Source of the DNA: Octopus sinensis
Lineage: Eukaryota
Direction of reading: 5' to 3'
DNA length: 64,000 nucleotides
Assembly: GCF_006345805.1 (NCBI RefSeq)
Contig: NC_043000.1
Coordinates: forward strand, 55,242,001 to 55,306,000
How positions within the stretch are numbered: position 1 is the stretch's first letter; each line of letters opens with the position of its first letter. The translations under genes and the position numbers were made by a program. Below are positions 54,611 to 64,000 of this stretch, one piece after another. A model generated the notes under the pieces. It had not been told where the DNA came from. It ran no database searches and saw only the letters and a program-made list of their open reading frames with translations.

Positions 54611-54970
54611 ATTAGGGAATAAATCCAAACTTACAGGGAAAAATTAGATTTAGGATTAGATCCAATTTTATAGTATAAATATATTATACTATATTATATT
54701 AAATTAGAGATAAAACCACTATTAGGCAAATCAACAGTGAAAAACATAAGCCAATACATAAAATTAATTTTAAAATATAAAAGTTAAAAATTTTAAAAAT
54801 TATTAAAATAATTTAAACTTATAAATTTTAAATATATATATACAAATATATATATATGTATGTATATTTTTATATTTATATTTTATTTTATTTTGTTTAA
54901 ATAATTAATTTATTGATTTTTATTTTTATCTTTTTTATTTATTATTTACTATTTATTATTTTATTTTATA

Positions 54971-55011
<41 letters not shown>

Positions 55012-55122
55012 TTATATAAATATCAAAAGTATTAAAAGTTTAATAAAAGATAAAGAGTAAAACACTACGATCGTTTCATGGCTGTACCAATTCGAATAAC
55101 AATAATTTAAATTCAATTAATA
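54611..55122 (-). mobile_element. Probable 5'-truncated pLTR with the 3' half of a hammerhead
   Basis: The - strand at 55063-55085 reads CAGCCAT-GAAA-CGATCG-TA-GTG (palindromic stem III, GUA site). The segment is flanked by TA repeats. Confidence 0.45.
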
Positions 55123-55128
55123 ATATAT

Positions 55129-55196
<68 letters not shown>

Positions 55197-57035
55197 ATAT
55201 AAACATGTTATATATAAATATAGTTGTCATCTTTCCGTACAAAAATTACCATCTTAGTTGATTCAGCCTGTAGCTATATTGTGGCAAAAAGTTATCATCT
55301 TTATTTTAATGTATCCAGTGTATTTTGAAATTAGGGGACATTTGTAATAAACCAAGGAATAACTGAATTTCCTATGGAATTAATTTCAATAAATTATTTC
55401 ATTTTCAATACTCGACTTGAAACCGCGTTTGTTATATTCTGTGTGAGACGGAAACCGGCATTTGATGTTTGAAGAGTTTTATCTGAACATTTAGCATATC
55501 ATTACCACTGGAATTTGCACGACCTATCCAAACAGCTATCTATACTAAACGCAGCCTTCAATTAATCAAATTCCGTAAGATTTGGAGATCATAGAAACAG
55601 CAGCACCACCAAGCCTCTTTATTATATTTTTCGCAATCAAAAGCATGATTTTCACCATATCTTTCTTGTCTATTCTTCATTTGCTAAAACACTATTCGTT
55701 ACATTATTACTTCTACATCACACCTTTATCAGCATATATATTCAAAGAGTTTCATAAGTAGTCCACATGATATCAGTTCCTAACAGTGACTTACATACAT
55801 CAATCGGAATCTAGAAGCCGTAAGGGATAACACTTAAGGCTATTTTGCACGCAACATGAGAACGGAAATTAAAAGAGCATCTGAAAAAATCCTTTATTTC
55901 AAATATGAATGCAGTAACTTAGTCGTTTAAGAATATCTATATATAGTGCTTCACACACATTTAGGCGTTCCCAAGGTTAAGCTTATTTTTAATTTTTCAT
56001 TTAATATATAACAAAACTGAAAACAAGTAATATTCTGGAACACTCTCTGAACTAATTATTTCTCCGAAACGTTTACTCGATATGTATCTATGCCTGACAT
56101 CCTGACCTCATTCGTTGGGTTTATAACATGTTTACTTGCAATATATATAATAGCGGAACAAGTTAAAATTTAAGATACTTAAACATCCATTTGTATTTAT
56201 AATCTCTTTTGCATATATCGATTGTATTATTTTACACACGTTAATATATCATCTTGGTTATTCAATTATGAATAATTTTATTTATGAAAATAAAGATTTG
56301 ATCTCTTTTGTGCTTGCGATTCCTCTGTCTCATACACCAATAAAAGTTAAAATGCAATCTCTGAGGATGTGATTATCTATATATTAATATATATAAAACT
56401 AATGTTGCCTGTGTATGTGCGCGTGCGCGTATGTGCTTGAGTGTGTAGTACGTATGCATTTCTACAGTTTTCAACTGATTTTCACCAAACTTTACACAAA
56501 CATTACTTATGTGGAAAGAATGGCCTAGAGCCAACCTATTCACTCCCTTTTCTCCCTCTGTCTCTCTGATTATTTCTCTCGTCTCTCATTTATTAATCTA
56601 CCTCTCCTTAATATAACCTCTTCACCCCCTTTCATATATTTATATATTTTACTTCACTCTGATGTAGCTCCATGTACCAGATCGGATGTGTTATAAAATA
56701 TGACGAATATTATTCTTAGAATTTTCTTTGGCAACACTCGGATATTGGAGGGCAGAAATGGCTGTGAGATGGGATAAAGTTTTGTATAAAAATGTAATCG
56801 ATGGTAGACAATTGTTTTTGATCAAGATTTCTCCGTCCGCTTAATTTAAATTTGATTCCATATAAACCCTTGGTTATTTTTTCTATTGTCTGCATCCTAT
56901 GAGCATAGTATGCTTTCATATGTATGCCCAGGGCCAACACAGGTAAATTACACCGGTAATAAAACGGATGTTCTTATCCCTCCGACGGTTATTGTAACCG
57001 CTAACTCCACAAAGATATGTATGTTTGTATGTATG

Positions 57036-57127
<92 letters not shown>

Positions 57128-57309
57128 ATATATACATATATACACATATGATAATAATAATAAAAAAGTAATATGTGTATATATATATATGTGTTTATCT
57201 ATATATATATATATTATATATATATATATATATATCAGGGGCGTGCACTCTCAGCAATGCAAGGTATATTGTCCCCCCTTCGTACATCTGTTTTGATAAA
57301 TGCTGTTAG

Positions 57310-57610
57310 AAGATCGCATGATACACACTCCCTCTCTGTCTGTATTAGTTTGTCCTTCCTTCCTCTCTCTCTCTCTCTCTATCTTAGTGACTCGATAAAT
57401 TTATCGCTTGTCATGCGTTGGGAAGACAGCATGAGACCCCTTCTCTCTGTCTTTGATAGTTTGTCCCTTCTTCCTCTCTCTCTCTTAGTGACTTGTTTAA
57501 AAGATATGCTAGGAGGAATGGTCACCTCCTTCTCTCTCAGTGATTTGAAAAATTCAGTTTGGCGTGTCATGCTGTGCTAAGACCGCATATCACGCCTCTC
57601 TGGCTATTTT
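57310..57610. repeat. Subterminal diverged tandem repeats (~120-150 bp) of the hAT element
   Basis: gcatga...ctctctgtct...tagtttgtcc..cttcctctctctctc..ttagtgact...gtcatgc recurs about 2.5 times. Confidence 0.7.
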
Positions 57611-57896
57611 GATCGGAACAAGAGCCGTCCCATAATTCTTTAGTGAGCCAGCTGAAATGTTGGAATAGCCTTCGCATGTAAGTTTCAAATCTTTTATCCA
57701 AAACATCCGTTTGCACTATCATATTTTTAGAAAGTTTTGAAAACAAAAATATCTATATTATATTTCTTATTTCAGAAATAGCTAATTAATCTTAAATTAA
57801 TTTAACAAAGGGTATTTTTCCGTTTTGTTGAAATTGACTTAAAATTTACGCCGGCGCTTCCACGTGGCTCCTTAAATAAGAGCAGCCTTTTTCAAA

Positions 57897-60023
57897 ATGA
57901 GTGAAATGTGTGTTATAAACGATATTTTGAGAACTAGCTTTTCTAAAAGGGACTTCGATGGGAAAAAATTAATTATAAATCGTGGGAGACCAACACCGAA
58001 TTTACCTAATTTGCGAAGCTACAACAAGAAATTCACGAGACAATTTCAGGTTAATTCGTATGAAAAGAAGAAATGGTTAACTGGAAGTGTTGCTCTTAAT
58101 AAATTATTCTGTTGGCCGTGTTTACTTTTTGGCTTAGAAAAAAATGTTTGGAATGATAAAGGCTATGATGATTTAAATAATTTACATATGGCTATGCTAA
58201 AGCACGAGCGTTCTCAAAGGCATATAAAATGTTTGATAGACCTTAAAATATTCGGGAATGTTCGCATAGACTTACAATTAGATGCACGTAAAAATCAAAG
58301 CATACAACAGCATAATGAGAAAGTTCGACGAAACAGATCCATTCTGCAACGATTCATCGATGTTGTTATTTTTTTAGGCCTCCAGGAATTATCGTTCCGG
58401 GGTCATTTTGAATCTGAAGGCTCTAATAATCGGGGAAATTATAAAGAACTCGTTTATTTGATCAGTAAGTATGACAAAACAATGGAAAGTCATTTAGATA
58501 CAGCTTCTATCTTCACTGGTCTGTCGAACAGAATTCAAAATGACTTGATCGAAGGAATTCATAAAGTTATGTTGAATGAGATGCAGAAGGAAATTGACCA
58601 AGCTAAGTTTGTTTCCATTCTTGTTGATGAGACATCTGATGTCTCAGCATCTTCACAACTGTCAACAGTTTTACGTTATGTTACAGAAGATTGTGTGACG
58701 AAAGAACGATTTATCGGTTTTAGTGATGTTACTGCAGATCGATCTGCAAATGCTTTATCTGAACATGTTTTTAAATGCATTGAAACGTGGGAATGTGGAA
58801 ACAAATTGATTGCGCAGACATATGATGGTGCCGCTACAATGGCAGGACATCTAAATGGGTTACAGGCAAAAGTAAGAAAGAAATACGAATGTGCGATATT
58901 TATTCATTGTTGTGCCCATATCCTAAATTTAGTTCTTTCACAATCATGCTCTGCTATGAAAGAATGCAAGATATTTTTTTCTACAATAAACGGACTCGGT
59001 ACATTTTTTACGAAATCACCCAAAAGGGCTAATGCATTAGATAACATTGTTAAAAAAAGATTTCCGAAAGCAACAGCAACTAGATGGAATTACTCCTCAC
59101 GTCTTATTATTACCACAAAGGAAAATTATAATTTCATAATCAGCTTTTTTGAACACATCATTGAAATTCCTGAAGCATGGGATGATACCACCATAAATTC
59201 AGCAATTGGATTCTTACACACTTTAAAAGCTCCTGATTTCTTATTTTTGTTAGAGGTATTCAGTGACATTTTTTCTTTTACTGACGTCTTATTTAACATA
59301 CTCCAGAGTAAAAGTCATGACATAGTGTATTGTAAACAGCAAATAGATAAAACTGGAACTGTACTCGAAAACAAACTTGATAATTTTTCAGTCTTTTATG
59401 ATAGGTTAGGGGAAAAATATGGAGTCGATGCAGAGGAATCGGAATTCAGAGATCCAAGAATATATATATTGATCCCCAACGACATTATAGAACGCTTTAT
59501 AACAAAATTATAAGTACAATAGTTGACCAAATAAAAGTACGATATTAATCCTTAGAAGAGTTTAAATTTCAACAAAGTTGATGAGTATTGCAAACAATTT
59601 CCTGTGGACGCTTTAGATTATTTAAGAACAACTTATGGCAGATTTTTTGATGTAATACGATTACAAAGTGAGCTCAATGTGATGTATTCAATGAAAGATT
59701 TTAAAAAACCAAGTGTAAGTCATTTAATGAGTTACATTAACAGCACTGATCTTGTTGAAGCTATGCCAGAACTCTTCAATCTGTGCAAGTTGATTTTGAC
59801 AATTCCGTCTACCACTGCTTCTGTAGAGCGATCCTTTTCTGCTTTAAGTAGAATTAAAACATACCAAAGAAATGCGACAGGAGAAAGAAGACTGTCTGGG
59901 TTAGCACTTATGTCAATTGAAAAAGATTTATTACAAGAATTGATGAAAAGAGAAGATTTCTATGAAAATGTGATAGATATATTTGCCCAGAAAGATCGAA
60001 GGATTGAATTAATTTATAAATGA
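57897..60023 (+). pseudogene. hAT transposase (ZMYM1-like/DUF4371 type) with a frameshift and stop at about 59460-59600
   Basis: WL...LFCWPCLLF...KHE.S..H zinc finger, FRGH.E...N.GNY, IQNDLI, LVDETSD, ERFIGF, QTYDGA..M.G, HCCAHILNL, TRW. The C-terminal ILTIP.TTASVERSFSAL.RIKT..R...RL.GLAL dimerisation domain is in ORF 59604-60023. Confidence 0.93.
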
Positions 60024-60975
60024 GCTAAGTAACATTTTAAAACATTAAAAAAAATAATATATTAAAGAGCATATATTACAGGTTTTGCTTAGTGTTTGTT
60101 ATAACGTGAGGTTCGACCTTCTTACATCAGTATTGTTTCGCAGGAGAAATGTTTTGATTTCTTCGTGAAACCTAACCTACATAGATTTCCCTTTCTGTGC
60201 TGCTGGGTGTAGTCTATTTAGGGCCGTAAATAAGTGTTTTGTTTCACTTTCAATAAGTGTCTTGTTTCAATCTCAGAGATGTTGACTTCTGCCACAACAG
60301 TTTTGGGAGGCTTTTTACAATGTTGAATTTTCGCTGTCTTTCATTGTGTGCGTATTCATGTATATGCGTGTATTTTCAATGTGTGTGCGTGAGACGTAGT
60401 CCTTTAATGTACGGAGTTCAGTAAGTCTCAGAACAGTCAATAATTTTCCCGGAATTGACAAGTAGCATGATAAAGCACCTGACTTGTCTTCGAGAGCGTA
60501 ACGATCTAAAACCATGGCCACATAATGTAACTAAATGTGTTCTTTTAATTAAATCATATCATTCAGCTCAACCGATAGGTATAGGGGCTAATGCAGAATC
60601 GCACCCCCTTGAAAAACGAATTTATGTGAACATTTTTTTTCGGATTCCTACCTTTAACAGAGATTCTGAATATGCAAAAATATTGCCAGAATCCAATTTC
60701 ATCTTTATTACATTTCACTTATGATTTTTAGACTTTTCTAAGGGAGAATGAGGATGGGAAAGTACTGACGTTTCGAAGAGCAAAGTATAATACAAACAAT
60801 ACACTTATTTCAGGATCATCTCTGCACAGCCATTTTTTATTCCCTGTTTATTCTGCATATTCAGAATCTCTTATATGTAAATCGTAGGAATACGAAAATG
60901 TTTTACTGAAAAATTGCCGGTGAGGGTGTCAATGAAATTAATTGCATTCCCAACGCCGGAAGTCACCGCACGCCA

Positions 60976-61009
<34 letters not shown>

Positions 61010-61010
<1 letters not shown>

Positions 61011-61320
61011 TTTATTTAAAGTTAGCAGAAATATAACAAAACCTGTTACCCAGAGTTTCACGTTCCCTTTCGTCGGACAGTTTTGTTAAAATAGAACAAA
61101 AATAACGTTATGGTCAAAACTAGTTGGTCTTAAGCATGCAATAAACAAAATAAACAAAATAAATGAATTCAATACAAATTCATCCTATTATAAAAATCGA
61201 GGGAAAACCTTAAATCGAAGAGTGGATTCAAAATACGCATTACAAATAATTGTATACGAAATTTAATTCAATTAATACAATTAATACATTAAAAATTAAA
61301 ATTAAAATTAAAATTTTCAC
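61010..61320 (-). mobile_element. pLTR fragment with a hammerhead, 3' end in (TA)n
   Basis: A hammerhead at 61034-61088 is followed by AATAAA and (TA)n; a second copy of the 3' end lies at 50314. Confidence 0.6.
61034..61088 (-). ncRNA. Type I hammerhead fold, core CCGACGA
   Basis: TAACAAAA-CTGT-CCGACGA-AAGGGAACGT-GAAAC-TCTGG-GTA-ACAG-G-TTTTGTTA, with a 12-bp stem I containing one bulge. Confidence 0.68.
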
Positions 61321-61751
61321 GCTGCATTACATAAATACTTACAACAGTGTATACGCATATTAAACAATCAATATACATATATACATCAAAATACACAGAT
61401 GGACATACACAGACTGCATACATATACAGACATATATTTGTAAGACGTAAATATTCACACAAATACATATATATATATATGTATACATATATATATGTGT
61501 ACATATGTACGCAATCATGCTCGCATGCAGAAGTCACTTGGTGTATACATGTAGATGAGAAGTAAATTTTAAAACGCAGATGGGGAAAAGAAAAAGAAAA
61601 GGGAGGATCTAACATATAACAATTAGCGATAGAAAGAGGTGAGCGAGAGGAGAGGAGAGGAGAAGCGCAAATTTAAAGGACTCTATACAAGTAAGGAATA
61701 AGGGGAGTAAAAATACTTTCCGTAAGGGAAGGAAAAAGAATTAAAGACAGA

Positions 61752-62903
61752 AAGACATGCAGGGAGTAAATAGACACCTTGAATTTTCAAAATCTTTTAT
61801 ATAACACTCAAAGCAAACAATTGAAATGTAATCGATAGGTAGGACTACATACTTTAGTGTTTAGTTGACATTCCCTGTGCAGTTTTTAATTTAGAAACTC
61901 TATTTGGCATTGAACAGATGAGCTTTGTGATTCTCTTGTGGAATTTCTGCCCACTTTTCACGCAACAATCGAAACATTTCATCTTTAGATTTAGGTTTCT
62001 GTCGAGTTTTTCGCATAGCTCTATCTAGTATGTTCCAAATATTTTCCATCGGGTTCATGTCAGGAGTTTGGCTCGTCCTTCGAAGCTTTTTAATCCCATT
62101 TCGATGCATTTCGATGTATTCTTCAGAGTTTATGGTTCCAACACATCCGATCAGCTCAGAACGACCATTGCTGGTGACAGCTCCCCATTCCATTACAGAG
62201 ATACCCCCTTTTCACACAGTTGGCTGGAGTCGTTTCAAATCAAATTTTTGATTGGGAAGCCTCCAGACCCAAACACGTCCACTGTCTGAAAATAATGCAA
62301 ATCTGGATTCATCTGAGAACATCACTCTATCCCAAAATGAAATGGAGTTTTCTGACATCGCCATAGGCAGTTTCTTTCTTTTCATGCTATTAATTGGTTG
62401 AAGGAGAGATTTTCTTCTAGCTGCTCAGCCATAATACCCAAACCCTATGCGGATATGCAACACACGCTCTTGGACTAACTTTTAGCTGTTTTGCAATATC
62501 AAAAGCCTTCGAACGGGGTTCGTTTTCCACCATTCTCTTCAAACAGCGAAACTTCCTTTCCGAGGGCCCAGGTTTGCCGGAACAAGAATCTGTTGATTCT
62601 TTTCCTTGGCATTTGAATTGTACTATAATTCTATTAGCAAGAAGAATTTGAAGATGTTCGGCAATTTTTCGTTGGCTAAGACCAGCCTCAGCGTGCCCAA
62701 CAATACGACAACTTTGAAAATCTGACGGTTCTGTTGAAGTTTTTGTGCGTGACATGGTTACTCTTCGCAAATGTTTAATATAATGGCACCTGAAATGAAA
62801 AAGAATAAATACATTGTAAATTCTACACAGTTGAAAACATATTAAGACGCTTAGCTGAGAACTTTTGAAAATTAAAGGTGTCTATTTACTTCCTGCATGT
62901 CTG
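61752..62903 (-). mobile_element. Tc1-like transposon, degenerate
   Basis: ~40-bp TIRs agacatgcagggagtaaatagacaccttgaattttcaaaa / ttttgaaaattaaaggtgtctatttacttcctgcatgtct. Remnants: GLSQRKIA, FSDESRF, WGAVTSNG, PDMNPMENIW. Confidence 0.92.
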
Positions 62904-62914
62904 TGTATATATAT

Positions 62915-62999
62915 TATAGCCTCGGGCCTACCAAAGCCTTGTGAGCGGATTTGTTAGACGGAAAGTGAAAGAAGTCCGTCAAAATATATGTGTACATTT

Positions 63000-63045
<46 letters not shown>

Positions 63046-63225
63046 TCTGTTCGTACCTTCACCATCGCTTGACAACTGATGTTGGTGTGTTTACTTTCCC
63101 GTTACCTACCGATAGAATAAGAACTAAGTTTACAAAGCAGAACTCCTGGGTTCGATTTGTTGACTAAAGGAGGTATTCCAGCATGACCCGCAGTCAAATG
63201 ACTGAAAAAAGTAAAAGAATAAAAC
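62915..63225 (+). mobile_element. SINE family A, 5'-truncated
   Basis: tatagcctcgggcctaccaaagccttgtgagcggattt...gcttgacaactgatgttggtgtgttt...gcagtcaaatgactgaaaaaagtaaaagaataaaa. Confidence 0.8.
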
Positions 63226-63779
63226 ACTATACCATTTTAATCCCCAGCAACGCCGGGTATCTCTGCTAGTATAAACATTTGAATAAAGATGTGCATAAAT
63301 AGCAAGACGATAATAGGTTAAGTTTAGATTATTTAAAAGTAGAGATACATTTATGTTATCAGTAATCTAACTTGTCAGTTACAAATCTAGTATTTCTACA
63401 GGTAGGATGTTTCCTGTAGAAGCATTTTTCGAAATTTGTATTCATTACTTCAAAATACACTACCTTTAGCATTTATCATGCTCTTGATAAATATCTAATG
63501 CTATACCCCATTATCTCGGACATTTCAATCTCATTAAGACTAGTTTTCCAAACTGGTTATTATGAAATATTAATTGCGCTAAATCGGAGTGTATTATGGT
63601 CTTAGTTAACTTCATACTAGTTTTAGTAAATATATTCTGTATAACAGAATAATTTTTCTTACAACGTCTGTTCTTGTCAAGTTAGAATAGAGACTGTCTG
63701 TAGGCCATTGAACTAAACATAGCTGTATTTCGAATATATATTTAGTCTAAGTTATTCTGTGTTTTTGATATGTACAAAT

Positions 63780-63990
63780 CGGCAAGCTGGCAGAGTTGTT
63801 AACACACCGGAAAAATACTTACCACTATTTATTCCCCGTATAAATCATGAGTTCGAAATTCCGTCGAGTTTTACTTTGCTTTTCACTATTTCGGGGTCGT
63901 TAAAGAAAGTATATCCAGTACGTGGATCGATAAAATCAACTAACTCATTTAACCAAAATGTCAGGCCTTATGCCCAGGGTGGAAAAGGAT
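63780..63990 (+). mobile_element. SINE family B, degenerate
   Basis: ggcaagctggcagagttgttaacacaccgg...gagttcgaaattccgtcgagtttt actttgcttttc...ttcggggtcg. Confidence 0.7.
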
Positions 63991-64000
63991 ATATATAGAA

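Larger units (their letters stand above)
57236..60978 (+). mobile_element. hAT DNA transposon, about 3.74 kb
   Basis: TIRs CAGGGGCGTGC / GCACGCCACTG; inserted in (TA)n so that atatatat flanks both sides; transposase inside. Confidence 0.92.
56376..63269 (+). mobile_element. Helitron-type termini bracketing a 6.9-kb segment
   Basis: 5' end A|TCTATATATTAATATATATAAAACT...; 3' hairpin CCCAGC-AAC-GCCGGG, an 8-nt spacer, then CTAG|T. That the two ends belong to one element is inferred. Confidence 0.55.

Noticed and set aside
57897-59513. Host ZMYM1-like domesticated gene
   Set aside because: It is intronless, flanked by TIRs and frameshifted before the catalytic E region, so it is a transposon copy.
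60762-60815. CTTC-GAAAC-GTC on - as another hammerhead
   Set aside because: The 5' core (CTGAAAT) and stem I do not fit, so it may be chance or heavy decay.

Overview
AT-rich, microsatellite-dense eukaryotic DNA. The SINE families and repeat content suggest an octopus/coleoid cephalopod, which is an inference. I found no convincing host protein-coding exon; most ORF-track entries are microsatellite artefacts or transposon remnants. The window is a patchwork of mobile elements: several Penelope-like element (PLE) remnants (RT and GIY-YIG), R4/Dong-like REL LINEs in (TAA)n tracts, RTE-like LINEs, mariner/Tc1 transposons, a 3.7-kb hAT with a nearly complete transposase, a Helitron-bounded 6.9-kb segment and many tRNA-type SINEs. 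The most interesting signal is a set of about six different PLE terminal repeats carrying minimal hammerhead-ribozyme folds. Several have non-canonical cores (a U3-A8 covariation, CCGACGA, UCCACAAA, a long stem II), and three loci have a tail-out inverted architecture. All coordinates and alignments were read by eye, and boundaries of degenerate elements are approximate.
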